A stretch of DNA of 50,117 nt from Pseudomonadota bacterium (GTDB taxonomy: Bacteria > Bdellovibrionota_B > Oligoflexia > Oligoflexales > CAIMVM01): NCBI GenBank assembly GCA_037142195.1, contig JBAXBA010000018.1, positions 1 through 50,117 of the forward strand. Direction: 5' to 3'. Made by a program: the position numbers and the translations under genes. The notes below the pieces were generated by a model. That model was not told where the DNA came from. It did not search any database and saw only the letters and a program-made list of their open reading frames with translations. Below, piece after piece: positions 1 through 13,123 of the stretch (positions are counted from its first letter, which is position 1; each line of letters opens with the position of its first letter).

Positions 1-1691
1 ACCCCAATGACCTCAAATCCGGCGATCGGGCCCGCAAATAATCCTTCTTTTAAACCGGTTTGAATAGGTCCTAGAAGATGGGGTGGTAGTTTATCGCTAG
101 GAAGCTTATTTACAAAAACAAGACCACCTTGTTCGGGAGTAGGCTCTACATGTACTGTAACCCCTGCGAATTGCTTTAAACTGCCAACCTCACGATCCAC
201 TAACTCATCAAATTTGCCTGAGCTTGTAATCGCCTCTCTATAGGCGACTTGCGGCGCACCGACATTAGCATCGACTTTAAACTCCCGCTTAAGGCGATCG
301 ACAATAATATCTAAATGAAGCTCACCCATTCCTTTTATTAAGGTTTGACCAGTTTCATTGTCCTCTGACACCCTAAAGGAAGGATCTTCGTTCTCGAGGC
401 GTTCTAGGGCTTTCTTGAGCTTTTCGCTATCTGCAGTACTCTTGGGCTCAATCGCGACAGATATAACTGGCTCTGTGACAGTAAGAGGTTCAAAAGCTAT
501 GGGATGGTCAGGGCTGCATAACGTGTCGCCCGTACCTACAAATTTGAGGCCGACGACAGCAACGATATCTCCAGCCCGCATTTCATTAACTTCTTCCCTC
601 TGATTGGCCTGCATGCGAAGAATCTTTTGAATTCTTTCCTTCTTGCCAACTCGAGGATTTAAAATAGTATCCCCTACCTTTAAAATTCCTGAATAACACC
701 GAACAAAGGTAAGTTGACCTACGAATGAATCATTTAAGATTTTAAACGCGATACTTGAAAATTTTTCGTCAGGAACTCGCTTGCGTGTCACGATTTTTTC
801 GGGATCATTCACATCAAACCCAGAAGCATCGGGCAAATCGAGAGGACTTGGGAGATAATCGATGACCGCATCTAGCAATTGTTGAACACCTTTATTCTTA
901 AAGGCAGAGCCACAAAGAACCGGAACAAATTTAAAATGAATGGTACCTTTTCTTAAAGAAGCTTTAATGAGGTCTACGGGAACTTCATCTCCCGCCAAAA
1001 ACAACTCCATGACCTCATCATCATACTCCGAAAGGACCTCAAGCATGCTTTCACGCGCTAAGGCTGCCTCGACCTTTAAGTCTTCAGGGATTTCGGATTC
1101 TTCAAAATGCGAGCCATCATCTTTATGCCATTGATAGGCTCTTTGAGTTACAAGGTCCACCATACCCTTAAACTGATCTTCGCTACCTATAGGAAGATGA
1201 ATGGCAAGGGGAACAGCATGAAGGCGTTCCTTCATAGACTCCACCGACATCGCAAAATCACCGCCTACGCGATCAAGTTTGTTGATGAATGCAAGTCTTG
1301 GTACTTTGTACTTATCGGCTTGCCGCCAGACAGTCTCTGACTGTGGCTCTACACCGTGGACACCGTCAAAGACGGCTATAGCACCATCGAGAACACGAAG
1401 GGAACGCTCCACTTCAATCGTAAAGTCTACATGTCCAGGTGTATCAATGATATTGATGCTGTGATGTTTCCAAAAACAAGTTACCGCGGCAGCAGTGATC
1501 GTGATTCCACGTTCCTGCTCCTGAACCATATAGTCTGTCGTTGCTGTTCCTTCATGAACTTCACCGATCTTATGAATCTTGCCTGTGTAATACAAAATTC
1601 TTTCCGTAGTAGTCGTCTTACCGGCATCAATATGCGCCATAATCCCAATATTTCTTAATTTATGTAAATCAAATACGGGAGCTTTAGACAT
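1..1691 (-). CDS. fusA: Elongation factor G family protein (3' end outside window; divergent domain IV)
   Basis: Not in the ORF track; hand translation from ATG at 1691 gives [62 protein letters not shown]; lies downstream of rpsG. Confidence 0.95.
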   Translation of the reverse strand, partial: MSKAPVFDLHKLRNIGIMAHIDAGKTTTTERILYYTGKIHKIGEVHEGTATTDYMVQEQERGITITAAAVTCFWKHHSINIIDTPGHVDFTIEVERSLRVLDGAIAVFDGVHGVEPQSETVWRQADKYKVPRLAFINKLDRVGGDFAMSVESMKERLHAVPLAIHLPIGSEDQFKGMVDLVTQRAYQWHKDDGSHFEESEIPEDLKVEAALARESMLEVLSEYDDEVMELFLAGDEVPVDLIKASLRKGTIHFKFVPVLCGSAFKNKGVQQLLDAVIDYLPSPLDLPDASGFDVNDPEKIVTRKRVPDEKFSSIAFKILNDSFVGQLTFVRCYSGILKVGDTILNPRVGKKERIQKILRMQANQREEVNEMRAGDIVAVVGLKFVGTGDTLCSPDHPIAFEPLTVTEPVISVAIEPKSTADSEKLKKALERLENEDPSFRVSEDNETGQTLIKGMGELHLDIIVDRLKREFKVDANVGAPQVAYREAITSSGKFDELVDREVGSLKQFAGVTVHVEPTPEQGGLVFVNKLPSDKLPPHLLGPIQTGLKEGLFAGPIAGFEVIG

Positions 1692-1729
1692 GGAAGACCC
1701 ATCCATAAGTTGAGAGAAAAAGAAAACGT

Positions 1730-1758
1730 ATCATAAGACTAAAGCTCGGACGAGCCAA
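1730..1758 (-). promoter_or_regulatory. Putative sigma70 promoter for fusA
   Basis: TTGGCT-N17-TATGAT, about 40 nt upstream of the fusA ATG. Confidence 0.5.
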
Positions 1759-1800
1759 TCCCTTTACGCAATATGAGACGCAGAAACGAAGAGCTTAAAT

Positions 1801-1827
1801 AAAAAAAAGCGCACCCTAAGGTGCGCT
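1801..1827 (-). terminator. Intrinsic terminator after rpsG
   Basis: AGCGCACC-TTAG-GGTGCGCT hairpin running into a T tract. Confidence 0.85.
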
Positions 1828-1839
1828 GATCTATCATTC

Positions 1840-2325
1840 TTACCAGCGATAATGAGCAAAAGCTTTGTTCGCTTCAGCCATCTTATGGACGTCTTCGCGA
1901 CGCTTAATGGTAGCACCACGTTTTTGTGACGCATCCATCAACTCACCAGCTAGTCTCTCCATCATGGATCTTCCAGCTCGGCCCCTAGAGAATTCAATCA
2001 GCCAACGTAAAGCCAAAGCTTGACGGCGCTCTGCGCGAACTTCAACGGGAACCTGGTAGTTTGAACCACCTACACGTCTAGATTTAACTTCGACGAGGGG
2101 CTTAACATTGTCTACAGCGATACGAAACACTTCTACAGCAGATGTTGCTCCAAGAGCTTTCGGACCTTTTGCTTCGATGATTTCAATGGCGCCGTAAAAC
2201 TGCTTCTCAGCAGCTGCACGCTTACCATCAAGCATCATGCAATTGATAAATTTAGAAACTAAAACATCATTAAATTTTGGATCGGGTAGTATTTCCCGCT
2301 TTTTCACTTCGCGACGACGAGGCAT
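1840..2325 (-). CDS. rpsG: 30S ribosomal protein S7
   Basis: [18 protein letters not shown]...[11 protein letters not shown]...[11 protein letters not shown]. Confidence 0.99.
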   Translation of the reverse strand: MPRRREVKKREILPDPKFNDVLVSKFINCMMLDGKRAAAEKQFYGAIEIIEAKGPKALGATSAVEVFRIAVDNVKPLVEVKSRRVGGSNYQVPVEVRAERRQALALRWLIEFSRGRAGRSMMERLAGELMDASQKRGATIKRREDVHKMAEANKAFAHYRW

Positions 2326-2366
2326 TTATAAACTCCTAAGCTTCACACTCTACTTGATTTTATGAC

Positions 2367-2744
2367 CTAAGACTTCTTAGGGCGTTTTGCACCGTACTTA
2401 GAACGGCTTTGACGTCTGGCATTAACTCCCTGACAGTCAAGTGTTCCACGCACTGTATGGTAGCGTACACCTGGAAGGTCTTTTACCCTTCCACCGCGTA
2501 TAAGAACCACGGAGTGTTCTTGAAGGTTATGTCCCTCACCACCAATATAGGACGTGACTTCTAGTCCATTAGTCAAACGAACCCTTGCTACTTTACGTAA
2601 CGCGGAGTTTGGCTTCTTTGGAGTCGTTGTATAAACGCGGGTGCATACACCACGACGCTGAGGACATGACTTAAGAGCCGGTGACTTGGAATCATACTCG
2701 ACTTTTCTACGCTTATTCTTAATTAACTGGTTTATAGTAGGCAT
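2367..2744 (-). CDS. rpsL: 30S ribosomal protein S12
   Basis: [31 protein letters not shown]. Confidence 0.99.
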   Translation of the reverse strand: MPTINQLIKNKRRKVEYDSKSPALKSCPQRRGVCTRVYTTTPKKPNSALRKVARVRLTNGLEVTSYIGGEGHNLQEHSVVLIRGGRVKDLPGVRYHTVRGTLDCQGVNARRQSRSKYGAKRPKKS

Positions 2745-2784
2745 TATGTTCTTTCCTGCAGTACCAACGAAACATGAGGGGAAC

Positions 2785-2813
2785 TAGTTAACAAACTATT
2801 TGACCTCATGCAA
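2785..2813 (-). promoter_or_regulatory. Putative sigma70 promoter for rpsL-rpsG
   Basis: TTGCAT-N17-TAACTA in the rpoC-rpsL spacer. Confidence 0.45.
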
Positions 2814-2875
2814 GGTTTATTTATGTTATATCCAATATTTTCTTGCAGCACGATTTCAAGAAAACACTAAACATC

Positions 2876-5800
2876 CTAGTGGGTAGCGCCAGCCACAAGT
2901 GCTTCGCCGTCAATAATCGGGTCATCATCAATAATTTCTGCCCCAATTCCGCGATACCAAGCTGCCCCAGTTCCCGCAGGAATCAGGCGGCCCATAATCA
3001 CGTTTTCCTTTAGACCACGGAGGTAATCCACACGGCTATTAATGGCCGATTCTGTAAGAACCTTAGTAGTTTCTTGGAACGAAGCTGCCGAAATAAAGCT
3101 TTCCGTAGAAAGAGATGCCTTCGTGATACCTAACAATACGGAGCGCCACTCAGCCGGAGCTTTACCCTCGCCTTGTAGGCGGTCATTGATTTCAAATACT
3201 TCTCTCTTAGAGATGGTTTCGCCGGCCAAAAGAGTGGACTCTCCTGGAGTTATGATCGTTACCATCCTGAGCATTTGCCTTACGATGGTTTCAATATGCT
3301 TATCGTTGATTTTAACACCCTGTAGGCGATAAACTTCCTGAATTCCGTTAGTTAGGAATGTAGCTAAAGCAATCTCACCAAGAATTTCTAAGATATCATG
3401 CGGGTTAGGTTGGCCATCTACAAGAGATTCCCCTTTTCGCACAAAGTCCCCATCCTGAATCAATAAGTGCTTTCCTTTAGGAATCGCATACTCTTCCGTT
3501 TTGCCATTGTTCGCCGTGAGAACAACTTTTCGCTTTCCTTTGGTGTCATCAGCAAACGTAATCGTTCCGTCAAACTTAGCCATTACCGACATATTCTTTG
3601 GCTTGCGCGCTTCGAAAAGCTCTGCAACCCGTGGAAGGCCCCCAGTAATATCCTTTGTCTTGGTGGTTTCCCTTGGAATCTTCGCCAAGATCTCTCCAGG
3701 ACGAATCGTCATGCCATTGTCTACGTTAATCGTACAACCAGCTGGTATCGGATAAATCGCAGATCTTCCGCTGGGAAGCTTCACGGTACTACCAGATGCA
3801 TCTATAAGCTCAAGACGTGGCTTGAGACTATGATTTTTGCCCTCTGTAACTAATTTTCGAGTCATGAATGTAACTTCATCCACGTTCTCTTCAAGAGTCT
3901 TACCTTCTACGAGATCCGCGTAGCGTACACTTCCCTCTGCTTCCGCGACGATCGGCACCGCAAATGGGTCCCATTCACCGAGGCGCTCTCCAGCCTTCAC
4001 ATCTTGTCCATCACGTACAGAAAGGGTGGAACCATAAACGATTGGGTAATTATCTCTAATTTTGCCATCAGCATCTACAATTTCAATTTCGCCATTTCTA
4101 GAAAGGACAACAAGTCGACCTTCAGAGTTCTCTACAGAACGAATGTCTTTAAATCTAAGCTTTCCTGAGAATCGGCTTTCCACAGTTGAGTTTTCAACTT
4201 TGTGAGTAGCAGTTCCTCCGAAGTGGAATGTTCTCATGGTAAGCTGAGTTCCCGGTTCACCGATGGACTGAGCAGCAATGACACCTACCGCTTCGCCCAC
4301 ATCGATGCTGCGTCCTGTAGCCAAATCTCGGCCATAGCATGCTGCACAAAGGCCTCTGCGATCATCACAGGTAAGCGGAGAACGAACTTCAACTTCTTCA
4401 ACACCTGCTTTGTCTAGCTTATCACACAATTTTTCATCTAAAATTTCATTGAAGCGAACTAAAATTTCACCGGTCTTTGGGCTCTTAACATCGTGAACCA
4501 CAACGCGTCCTAGAACGCGATCTTTAAGGGCAATCTTAATGTCTGTTCCTTCACGAACCGCTGACATTTTAATTCCTTTGCGCGTGCCACAGTCCTCAGA
4601 CAGAATGATGGCATCTTGAGCAACATCTACAAGACGTCGTGTCAAATATCCCGAACTTGCTGTCTTAAGAGCCGTATCGGCCAAACCTTTACGAGCACCG
4701 TGAGTTGATGTGAAATACTCGAGGACGTTAAGACCTTCTCGGAAGTTGGACGTAATCGGAGTTTCAATAATGTCACCACTTGGCTTTGACATAAGTCCAC
4801 GCATACCCGCCAACTGACGAATTTGCTGTGCTGAACCCCGAGCGCCTGAGTCGGCCATCATAAAGATATTATTATGAGAAGGAACCGTATGTTTGTCGCC
4901 TATAACGTCAGTTACTTCCATCTTGGCAATGTTATCAAACATTTCTTTCGCGATGCTCTCTGTTACCTTCGCCCAAATATCAACAACCTTATTGTAGCGC
5001 TCTCCTTCAGTCAAAAGACCTTCCGAGTACTGCTCTTTAATTTTCTTAACTTCCGTGTAAGCACTATCAAGCAATCGCTGCTTCGCTTGAGGGATAATCA
5101 TATCGCCAATGGAGATCGAAAGACCGCCTCTCGTAGAGTAGTAATAACCTACAGAACGAAGGGCATCGGCAATAAGAGCTGTTTGTTTGGGACCACACTT
5201 ACGGAAAACTTCATCCACAAGTGAGGCCAATTCTTTTTTACCCATAGTTCTATTGATAAAGCTAAAGTCCACGCCTACAGGAACAACCTCTGAAAGGATC
5301 GCTCTGCCAACGGTAGTCTTCACGGTCACGCCGCCAAGTCTAACGTGGATCGGAGCCTGCAGCTCTGCTTCACCATGATCGAAAGCAGCTCTAACTTCTT
5401 CCAAGTTTGAAAACTTACGATAGGACCCTTTAGCAGTGACATCTTCACGAGTAAGATAATAAACCCCAAGTACAATATCCTGAGAAGGTACAATTACCGG
5501 AGAACCTGAAGCAGGTGATAGAAGGTTGTTTGTAGACATCATTAAAACACGTGCCTCAATCTGAGCTTCTGTCGAAAGAGGAACGTGAACAGCCATCTGG
5601 TCACCGTCAAAGTCCGCGTTAAACGCAAAACAAACCAACGGGTGAAGACGAATGGCTTTACCTTCAATCAAAACTGGTTCAAAAGCTTGAATACCAAGTC
5701 TATGGAGTGTAGGGGCACGGTTAAGAAGTACTGGGTGCTCTTTAGTTACTTCTTCAAGAATATCCCAAACTTCTGGACGTTCTTTTTCCACAAGTTTCTT

Positions 5801-7024
5801 AGCTGACTTAATTGTAGAAACCACTCCATGCTCTTCTAGCTTCGCGTAAAGGAAAGGTTTAAACAATTCAATGGCCATACGCTTAGGAAGACCACACTGA
5901 TGAAGCTTAAGTTCTGGACCCACAACAATTACTGATCGTCCGGAATAGTCGACTCGCTTCCCTAGCAAGTTTTGACGGAAACGGCCCTGCTTTCCTTTTA
6001 GGAAGTCGCTTAAGGAGCGAAGGGGGCGCTTATTGGGACCAGTAAATACTTTACCGCGTCTTCCGTTATCATAAAGAGCATCCACAGCTTCCTGCAACAT
6101 TCTCTTTTCGTTTCGCACAATAATGTCAGGAGCATTAGCTTCAATAAGCCTTAAAAGGCGATTATTTCGGTTGATAACCCGACGATACAAATCGTTCAAA
6201 TCAGAAGTAGCAAACCTTCCACCATCGATAGGAACAAGTGGTCTTAAATCTGGAGGCAGAACAGGCAGAACGCTGAGCATCATCCACTCAGGTTTAGCTA
6301 AAAACTCACCTTCGGGAGATCTACGGTTAAAGGCTTCAACCACTTTAATACGCTTTTGAAGCTTCTTCTTCGCTGTTTCAGAAGTCGTTTCTTGTAGCGC
6401 TTTACGAATATCATCAGCAAGGTCTTCTACTCTGATTTTAGAAAGAAGCTCTAAAACAGCTTCTGCGCCGACACCGTAACGAAACGATGCGTTGCCAAGC
6501 TCAGAAATATACTTATCTAAATCTTCTTCAGAAAGAACTTCCCCGATGGCTAAGCCCGTCTTTTCTACTTCACCTGGATCTAGAACCACGTATGCTTCAG
6601 AGTATAAAACTCTCTCGACGTCTTTCAACGTGATGTCAAGCATCGCGCCAATTCGGGAAGGAAGAGACTTTAAAAACCAAATATGTGCTACCGGAGTGGC
6701 AAGATTGATGTGGCCTAAACGTTCACGTCGAACCTTAGACTGAATCACTTCCACGCCGCACTTATCACATACAATACCGCGATGCTTCATGCGCTTATAT
6801 TTGCCACAAATGCACTCATAATCACGGACTGGCCCGAAAATTTTAGCACAAAACAAACCATCTCTTTCTGGCTTGAATGTACGATAATTAATCGTTTCTG
6901 GCTTTTTCACCTCACCAAAAGACCAGCTTCTGATTCTTTCAGGTGACGCTATAGAAATCTTCACAGCTGCGAAGTCTAATGGATCTTGCGGCTTTTCGAA
7001 AAAGTTAAACGAATCTTTAGTCAA
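2876..7024 (-). CDS. rpoC: RNA polymerase beta' subunit (TTG start)
   Basis: [12 protein letters not shown] active site, N-terminal Cys zinc ribbon, QLTMRTFH trigger loop with long insertion. Confidence 0.99.
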   Translation of the reverse strand: MTKDSFNFFEKPQDPLDFAAVKISIASPERIRSWSFGEVKKPETINYRTFKPERDGLFCAKIFGPVRDYECICGKYKRMKHRGIVCDKCGVEVIQSKVRRERLGHINLATPVAHIWFLKSLPSRIGAMLDITLKDVERVLYSEAYVVLDPGEVEKTGLAIGEVLSEEDLDKYISELGNASFRYGVGAEAVLELLSKIRVEDLADDIRKALQETTSETAKKKLQKRIKVVEAFNRRSPEGEFLAKPEWMMLSVLPVLPPDLRPLVPIDGGRFATSDLNDLYRRVINRNNRLLRLIEANAPDIIVRNEKRMLQEAVDALYDNGRRGKVFTGPNKRPLRSLSDFLKGKQGRFRQNLLGKRVDYSGRSVIVVGPELKLHQCGLPKRMAIELFKPFLYAKLEEHGVVSTIKSAKKLVEKERPEVWDILEEVTKEHPVLLNRAPTLHRLGIQAFEPVLIEGKAIRLHPLVCFAFNADFDGDQMAVHVPLSTEAQIEARVLMMSTNNLLSPASGSPVIVPSQDIVLGVYYLTREDVTAKGSYRKFSNLEEVRAAFDHGEAELQAPIHVRLGGVTVKTTVGRAILSEVVPVGVDFSFINRTMGKKELASLVDEVFRKCGPKQTALIADALRSVGYYYSTRGGLSISIGDMIIPQAKQRLLDSAYTEVKKIKEQYSEGLLTEGERYNKVVDIWAKVTESIAKEMFDNIAKMEVTDVIGDKHTVPSHNNIFMMADSGARGSAQQIRQLAGMRGLMSKPSGDIIETPITSNFREGLNVLEYFTSTHGARKGLADTALKTASSGYLTRRLVDVAQDAIILSEDCGTRKGIKMSAVREGTDIKIALKDRVLGRVVVHDVKSPKTGEILVRFNEILDEKLCDKLDKAGVEEVEVRSPLTCDDRRGLCAACYGRDLATGRSIDVGEAVGVIAAQSIGEPGTQLTMRTFHFGGTATHKVENSTVESRFSGKLRFKDIRSVENSEGRLVVLSRNGEIEIVDADGKIRDNYPIVYGSTLSVRDGQDVKAGERLGEWDPFAVPIVAEAEGSVRYADLVEGKTLEENVDEVTFMTRKLVTEGKNHSLKPRLELIDASGSTVKLPSGRSAIYPIPAGCTINVDNGMTIRPGEILAKIPRETTKTKDITGGLPRVAELFEARKPKNMSVMAKFDGTITFADDTKGKRKVVLTANNGKTEEYAIPKGKHLLIQDGDFVRKGESLVDGQPNPHDILEILGEIALATFLTNGIQEVYRLQGVKINDKHIETIVRQMLRMVTIITPGESTLLAGETISKREVFEINDRLQGEGKAPAEWRSVLLGITKASLSTESFISAASFQETTKVLTESAINSRVDYLRGLKENVIMGRLIPAGTGAAWYRGIGAEIIDDDPIIDGEALVAGATH

Positions 7025-7059
7025 GGAACACCCCCGAGACAGTTTTTAGGTATGTAAGA

Positions 7060-7079
7060 CGGGGAGAATAGCCTCCCCG
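7060..7079 (-). other. GC-rich hairpin between rpoB and rpoC
   Basis: CGGGGAG-N6-CTCCCCG inverted repeat without a clean U tract. Confidence 0.5.
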
Positions 7080-7091
7080 CCAACGGTTTAT

Positions 7092-10000
7092 CTACTGAAT
7101 ATTCTCTACGCCAATCTCTGCGCCACTCGACTTCATCAAATTCACATCGAGTCCTAGAGACTGAAGTTCTTTGATAAGAACGTTAAAGCTTTCTGGAAGA
7201 CCTGGCGTCATCACATTAGAGCCCTTCACTATGGATTCATACATGCGGGTACGACCTACCACGTCATCTGACTTAACAGTTAACATTTCCTGTAGAGTAT
7301 ATGCCGCACCGTAGGCTTCCATAGCCCAAACTTCCATTTCCCCAAGGCGCTGGCCACCAAACTGGGCCTTACCACCAAGTGGTTGTTGAGTCACAAGAGA
7401 GTATGGTCCAATGGATCTTGCATGTATCTTCTCATCAACAAGGTGGTGAAGCTTAAGTACATACATAACGCCAACAGTTACTCGGTTTTTAAATTTATCA
7501 CCAGTGAGCCCGTCATAGAGATCAACCTGACCATCTGAATCTACGCCCGCTAGTTTAAGAGCATTCTGAATTTCAGACTCAGTCACGCCGTCAAACACAG
7601 GGTTTGCTACGTGAACGCCGTTCTTAAACTTGCGAATAAACGATTTCAGTTCATCATCAGAACATGTCTTTAAGAATGCCGTGACATCATCTTTAACGTT
7701 TTCCGTATCCCAAACTTCAAGACACATGCGCTCTAAATTCTTGCGATCAAAAGCTGTATCCACGATAAAATTCAATTGCTTACCTAGGTTTTTCGCAGCC
7801 CATCCCAAGTGAGTCTCTAAGATCTGCCCTACGTTCATTCGAGAAGGAACGCCCAGTGGGTTTAGAACCACGTCAACAGGAGTACCGTCTGCTAGATAAG
7901 GCATATCTTCTTCAGGAAGAATTCTTGAGACAACGCCTTTGTTTCCGTGGCGGCCCGCCATCTTATCGCCCACCTGAAGTTTACGCTTAATCGCAACATA
8001 AACCTTAACCATCTTAATGACTGTCGGAGGAAGTTCATCGCCTTTAGTAAGCTTCTTTAAAGCTTCATCTGTCATTTGGCGAATTTGATTCACTTTCTCT
8101 TTAAGGTTCTCTAACACTTTTGCTAATAGCTTCTGCTTTTCAGCTGTGTTCACAGAAAGATTGAACCAAGCCTGGTAACCTGTTGCCTCTAGAACAGATC
8201 GACTAAGAACGGTTCCTTTAGCAATAGCAACAGTGCCATCTCTATCTTTGACATCTTCAGCTGCTTTTTCACCTTCAGCAATACGTATTATTTTACCAAG
8301 AGCAGAGTCTTTAATGATATTAATACGATCAAATTCGTCTTTTCTAAGTCTTGCGGCTTCCGATTCTTCAATCTGAGCAGATCTTGAATCTCTATCTGCG
8401 CCTTCGCGAGTAAACACCTTGGCGCCAATGACTGTTCCAACCACACCCGGAGAAACCCTAAGGGAAGTATCTCTCACGTCGCCAGCTTTTTCACCGAATA
8501 TCGCGCGAAGTAGCTTTTCTTCTGGACTTAGCTGCGTTTCACCTTTTGGAGTGATCTTGCCTACTAAGATATCTCCAGGCTTAACTTCCGCACCAATTCG
8601 AATAATTCCAGCGTCATCTAGATTCCTAAGAGCTTCTTCGCCCACATTGGGAATATCTGCCGTAATTTCTTCTGAACCCAGCTTCGTATCACGAGCAAGA
8701 CATTCAAAAGCCTGAATATGCACGGAGGTATAGAGATCTTCTTTAACCACTCGCTCTGAAATCAATATGGAGTCTTCGAAGTTATAACCATTCCACGGCA
8801 TGAAAGCGACGGTGACATTCTGTCCTAGAGCAAGTTCGCCCATTTCAGTAGCAAATCCGTCGGCAATAATGTCGCCTTTTTTAACTTGCTCACCAACACA
8901 AACGATCGGCTTTTGATTAATACAGGTATCAAGGTTTGATCTTCTGTATTTGTGGAGTGGATAAATATCAACATCCGCACCTACGTCTGTAAGTGTATCA
9001 CTACCTTCATTCTCAATCTTGACTACGATGCGTTCCGCGTCTACTGAAGCGACAATACCGTCTCTAAGAGCAACAATTGTAGCACCAGAGTCATGTGCAA
9101 CAACCCGTTCCATGCCTGTACCAATCAAGGGAGCTGCCGTCTTAATAAGAGGAACTGCCTGTCTCATCATGTTAGATCCCATGAGAGCTCGGTTGGCATC
9201 GTCATTCTGTAAGAAAGGAATCAAGGAAGCGGCGACAGAAACTAGCTGAGTCGTCGCGACATCTCTTAGGTCAGCCTCTTCAGCTTTAACCGTTTCTGTT
9301 TCACCATTACGTCTTGCGATAATGAAGTCGTCAGACTTCGCTCCGCGGCTAGATGCCTGACTAATCACATGCTCACTATGCTCATCTGTAGCATCGTAAT
9401 AACGCACGGAACCAGACTGATCACCCTTAATGGACTCATAAGGAGTTTCGATAAAGCCATAATCATTAACCCGAGCGTAAGAAGCTAGAGAAGAAATCAA
9501 ACCAATGTTTGGACCTTCTGGAGTTTCCACGGGACAAATTCGACCGTAGTGGGTCGGATGTACGTCACGAACCTCAAATCCAGCTCTGTCTCGCGATAGA
9601 CCACCCGGCCCCAAGGCAGAAAGACGCCTCTTATGGGTTACTTCAGATAGGGGGTTCGTTTGATCCATAAACTGAGACAACTGAGAGGAACCGAAGAATT
9701 CTCGGACTACGCCAGCTGCGGGTTTATTGTTAATAAGATCGTGGGGTAGCATGCTGTCTACGTCAGTCAATTGAAGGCGTTCTTTAATAGCGCGCTCAAT
9801 TCTTAGTAGACCTATGCGGTACTGATTCTCTAAAAGCTCGCCAACAGCCCTTACGCGACGGTTACCCAGGTTGTCGATATCGTCAATTTGACCTTGCCCA
9901 GTTTTGAGTTTAAGCAAAACCTCTACGGTCTTCAACAAATCGTCTTTAGTTAGAGTTCTCTGCTCAATCGGCAGCTCAAGGCCTAAGCGACGATTCAGCT

Positions 10001-11255
10001 TTAAACGACCGACGGCACTCAGGTCATATCTATCTTCATCAAAAAATAGATTGTTAAATAGAGTCATAGCAGGCTCAAGAGTTGGCGGCTCGCCCGGGCG
10101 AAGACGCTTATAGATCTCTAGAACTGCCATCTCTCGTTCTGTACGATTGTCTTTTGCATCAATTTTGTCACTTGATAGAGTCGCGCGAAAGGACTCGTCT
10201 ACGTTGACGCCATCGATAAACAATATGGAAAACTGCTCCACAGCTTCACTTTGAAGACGAGCTACATCATTTGCTTCTAGCTGATGATTAAGAGGAAAAA
10301 GCACTTCACCTTTTTTGGAATGAACTGTTTCCGCTAAAACTTTACCGACTAAAGCACTTGGCTCAAGAGTCTGATACTCAAGCCCTGCAGCTTCTAATTG
10401 TCTTACCGCTGCCACAGTGATTCTTCGATTCTTCTTAACCAATACTTTTCCGGACTTTGGATCCAAAATATCTTGCGATGCTTTTTGTCCGCGAAGAAGC
10501 TGAAAGTTCAACTTCTTCTCAATTTTGCCTTTTACGATCCGAATGACTTCTTTCTCATAAAAACGAGAGAGAAGCTCTCCAGCAGAGTACCCTAATGCTC
10601 TAAGTAGAATAGTTGCCGGCATTTTCCGACGACGATCAATCCGTACGTGCAAAATATCTTTAGCATCGAACTCAAAATCTATCCAGCTACCGCGATAAGG
10701 GATTACCCGAGCTGTAAAGAGAATTTTTCCTGAAGTACTATTTTTTCCTTTGTCATGGTCAAAGAAAACACCCGCCGAGCGGTGTAACTGAGACACAATC
10801 ACACGTTCTGTACCGTTAATAACGAAAGTACCGCTTTCCGTCATGAGAGGAATCTCACCGAAAAATACGGCCTGTTCTTTGACATGGCGCATGCTTCTCG
10901 CGCCAGTTTCTTTATCTACATCCCAAATCGAAAGGCGAATGGTGACATGGAGTGGCGCAGCGTAGTTCATACCACGTTGACGACATTCTGAAACCGTATA
11001 CCTAGGTTGATCAAAATTATAACCAACAAATGCAACTTCCGCCGTATCGTTTTGATCCTTTACGGGAAACACGGAGCGAAATACAGATTGAAGACCAAAG
11101 TCTTTTCTGTTGGCAAAGCTATGTTGGGGTGTGTCTTGCAAAAATTGCTTGTAACTGTCCCTTTGAACCTCGATGAGGTAGGGCATTTGGTGTGCGGGAC
11201 GAATCTTCCGGTAATTCTTACGAGGGCGCGTATAAGAAGCGGCCAAGGTAGTCAT
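7092..11255 (-). CDS. rpoB: RNA polymerase beta subunit
   Basis: [50 protein letters not shown]. Confidence 0.99.
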   Translation of the reverse strand: MTTLAASYTRPRKNYRKIRPAHQMPYLIEVQRDSYKQFLQDTPQHSFANRKDFGLQSVFRSVFPVKDQNDTAEVAFVGYNFDQPRYTVSECRQRGMNYAAPLHVTIRLSIWDVDKETGARSMRHVKEQAVFFGEIPLMTESGTFVINGTERVIVSQLHRSAGVFFDHDKGKNSTSGKILFTARVIPYRGSWIDFEFDAKDILHVRIDRRRKMPATILLRALGYSAGELLSRFYEKEVIRIVKGKIEKKLNFQLLRGQKASQDILDPKSGKVLVKKNRRITVAAVRQLEAAGLEYQTLEPSALVGKVLAETVHSKKGEVLFPLNHQLEANDVARLQSEAVEQFSILFIDGVNVDESFRATLSSDKIDAKDNRTEREMAVLEIYKRLRPGEPPTLEPAMTLFNNLFFDEDRYDLSAVGRLKLNRRLGLELPIEQRTLTKDDLLKTVEVLLKLKTGQGQIDDIDNLGNRRVRAVGELLENQYRIGLLRIERAIKERLQLTDVDSMLPHDLINNKPAAGVVREFFGSSQLSQFMDQTNPLSEVTHKRRLSALGPGGLSRDRAGFEVRDVHPTHYGRICPVETPEGPNIGLISSLASYARVNDYGFIETPYESIKGDQSGSVRYYDATDEHSEHVISQASSRGAKSDDFIIARRNGETETVKAEEADLRDVATTQLVSVAASLIPFLQNDDANRALMGSNMMRQAVPLIKTAAPLIGTGMERVVAHDSGATIVALRDGIVASVDAERIVVKIENEGSDTLTDVGADVDIYPLHKYRRSNLDTCINQKPIVCVGEQVKKGDIIADGFATEMGELALGQNVTVAFMPWNGYNFEDSILISERVVKEDLYTSVHIQAFECLARDTKLGSEEITADIPNVGEEALRNLDDAGIIRIGAEVKPGDILVGKITPKGETQLSPEEKLLRAIFGEKAGDVRDTSLRVSPGVVGTVIGAKVFTREGADRDSRSAQIEESEAARLRKDEFDRINIIKDSALGKIIRIAEGEKAAEDVKDRDGTVAIAKGTVLSRSVLEATGYQAWFNLSVNTAEKQKLLAKVLENLKEKVNQIRQMTDEALKKLTKGDELPPTVIKMVKVYVAIKRKLQVGDKMAGRHGNKGVVSRILPEEDMPYLADGTPVDVVLNPLGVPSRMNVGQILETHLGWAAKNLGKQLNFIVDTAFDRKNLERMCLEVWDTENVKDDVTAFLKTCSDDELKSFIRKFKNGVHVANPVFDGVTESEIQNALKLAGVDSDGQVDLYDGLTGDKFKNRVTVGVMYVLKLHHLVDEKIHARSIGPYSLVTQQPLGGKAQFGGQRLGEMEVWAMEAYGAAYTLQEMLTVKSDDVVGRTRMYESIVKGSNVMTPGLPESFNVLIKELQSLGLDVNLMKSSGAEIGVENIQ

Positions 11256-11334
11256 GTGTACTCCCAGCTAATCATAATGGCGAATTACCTGAATATTCAG
11301 GATAATTTACGCAAATTCCCAAAATGCACAAACA

Positions 11335-11370
11335 CGGGCAAGCGCGAGTATAAAGAACTCGGCCTGCCCG
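11335..11370 (-). terminator. Attenuator-like hairpin between rplL and rpoB
   Basis: CGGGCAGGC-CGAGT-loop-ACTCG-C-GCTTGCCCG followed by TGTTTGTG; same position as the E. coli rplL-rpoB attenuator. Confidence 0.55.
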
Positions 11371-11386
11371 GTCAAGTACGAACTGA

Positions 11387-11764
11387 TTACTTAAGTTCAA
11401 CCTTAGCGCCGACTTTTTCAAGTGTAGCTTTGATTTTTGCAGATTCTTCTTTGTTCGCGCCTTCTTTAACGGTCTTTGGTGCACCTTCAACTAGGTCTTT
11501 AGCTTCTTTTAGTCCTAGTCCTGTGATCGCGCGAACTTCTTTAATTACATCAATTTTCTTCTCGCCAACAGAAACGAGTACAACTGTGAACTCATCTTTT
11601 TCTTCCGCTGGAGCTGCTGCAGCTGAAGGAGCTGCCATCATTGCCATTGGTGCTGCTGCTGACACGCCAAACTTTTCTTCAAGCTCTTTTACTAATTCAG
11701 CCGCTTGTAGAAGTGTAAGGTTTTCTAGAAATTCAACTACTTGTTCTTTAGTTACGCTAGCCAT
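11387..11764 (-). CDS. rplL: 50S ribosomal protein L7/L12
   Basis: [43 protein letters not shown]. Confidence 0.99.
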   Translation of the reverse strand: MASVTKEQVVEFLENLTLLQAAELVKELEEKFGVSAAAPMAMMAAPSAAAAPAEEKDEFTVVLVSVGEKKIDVIKEVRAITGLGLKEAKDLVEGAPKTVKEGANKEESAKIKATLEKVGAKVELK

Positions 11765-11825
11765 TATTTTTAGCCTCCGATAAATCTCTCGATTAAGTGA
11801 GAGAGTTTAAAACATGTTAAAATTA

Positions 11826-12353
11826 CTACGCCTTTTTCTCTTTAATTGCATTGATAACCTGAACCACGTTTCGCGGAACGCCTTGAAGCACGCCGAGAAG
11901 ACCACGATGCGGAGCAACCAATGAACCAATGATTTGGGCTAATAACACCTCTTTTGGTGGAAGTGATGCAAGTACCGAGATATCACTCTTGGATACTGCT
12001 TTGCCTTCCATGACGCCGCCTGTAATGACAAACTTTTCGTTGCCTTTAGCAAAGTTATCAGCTGCTTTTGCGCCCGCTGCAACATCGCCATAGAGATAAA
12101 TAATCCCTACTGGTCCCTTAAGTCTATCGGAAACGGCCTTAGAACTCTCTGCTTCTGCGTGAACAGCTTTCTTAGCTACGCGGTTTTTCGTAATACGAAA
12201 CTCCGCATTCGCCTTGCGTAGTTCTCTTCGTAGGGACGTTAGTTCCGCTACTGTGAGTCCACGATATTCTGCCACGATAGCAGCACCTGACTTGTTGAAG
12301 CGACCCGCGGATACTACCCGAAGAGCTTCTTTTGCTGCACGATCCATTGCCAT
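11826..12353 (-). CDS. rplJ: 50S ribosomal protein L10
   Basis: EYRGLTVAELTSLRRELR, KNRVAK, LASLPPKEVL; between rplA and rplL. Confidence 0.97.
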   Translation of the reverse strand: MAMDRAAKEALRVVSAGRFNKSGAAIVAEYRGLTVAELTSLRRELRKANAEFRITKNRVAKKAVHAEAESSKAVSDRLKGPVGIIYLYGDVAAGAKAADNFAKGNEKFVITGGVMEGKAVSKSDISVLASLPPKEVLLAQIIGSLVAPHRGLLGVLQGVPRNVVQVINAIKEKKA

Positions 12354-12370
12354 ATTTACCTACCTCGCGA

Positions 12371-13063
12371 TTAGCGGAACTCGGACGGATCAATCTTCAC
12401 GCCCGGCCCCATGGTTGCAGATACAGCCATCTTCTTGAGATAAGCGCCTTTTGAAGTTGCTGGCTTAGCACGAACAATCGCGTCGATAACTGCGCGGGCA
12501 TTGCCAACGAGCTTGTCGTGATCCATTCCTACTTTACCAAATGGCACGTGAGCAATACCGGCTTTGTCCACACGGAACTGAGCACGACCCGCCTTTAACT
12601 CGCGAAGCGCATTTACTATGTCAAAAGTCACTGTTCCAAGTTTTGGATTCGGCATAAGACCACGCGGTCCTAGCACTCGACCTAGTTTACCAACAACACC
12701 CATCATATCTGGAGTTGCGACAACCTGATCAAAATCCATCCATCCTTCACTGATCTTTGCAGCAAGATCATCACCGCCGACAAACTCGACGCCTTCCTTG
12801 CTTGCTTCTACTGCCTTGTCGCCTTTTGCAAAGACAACAATCCGCACAGTCTTTCCAGATCCATTGGGAAGCGGAGTCGCTCCACGAACGTTCTGATCAG
12901 CCTGGCGGGGGTCAACTCCCAAATTAATCGCTAGGTCCACCGTTCCATTAAACTTGGAAATCGATGTCTCTTTTGCCAGTTTTACAGCTTCGGAAAGCGA
13001 GTATAACTTGGTGCGATCGACTTGAGCGCTGACTTTACGATACTTTTTGCCTCGTTTTGCCAT
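12371..13063 (-). CDS. rplA: 50S ribosomal protein L1
   Basis: [41 protein letters not shown] 13063 follows SD GAGGTG. Confidence 0.99.
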   Translation of the reverse strand: MAKRGKKYRKVSAQVDRTKLYSLSEAVKLAKETSISKFNGTVDLAINLGVDPRQADQNVRGATPLPNGSGKTVRIVVFAKGDKAVEASKEGVEFVGGDDLAAKISEGWMDFDQVVATPDMMGVVGKLGRVLGPRGLMPNPKLGTVTFDIVNALRELKAGRAQFRVDKAGIAHVPFGKVGMDHDKLVGNARAVIDAIVRAKPATSKGAYLKKMAVSATMGPGVKIDPSEFR

Positions 13064-13074
13064 GCACACCTCAT

Positions 13075-13117
13075 AGTAGTTCTAACGAGACAGTCCTTGG
13101 GACCCGTCTCTCCTACC
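13075..13117 (-). promoter_or_regulatory. L1-binding autogenous control leader between rplK and rplA
   Basis: GGTAG-GAG-[AGACGG GTCC CAA GGAC TGTCT]-CGTTAGAA-CTACT directly before the SD; resembles the L1-site architecture of two helices around an asymmetric purine-rich loop. Confidence 0.75.
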
Positions 13118-13123
13118 GTTTTA

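Noticed and set aside
9600..9700. Rifampicin-resistance changes in rpoB (and streptomycin-resistance changes in rpsL)
   Set aside because: Cluster I residues and the S12 lysines look canonical
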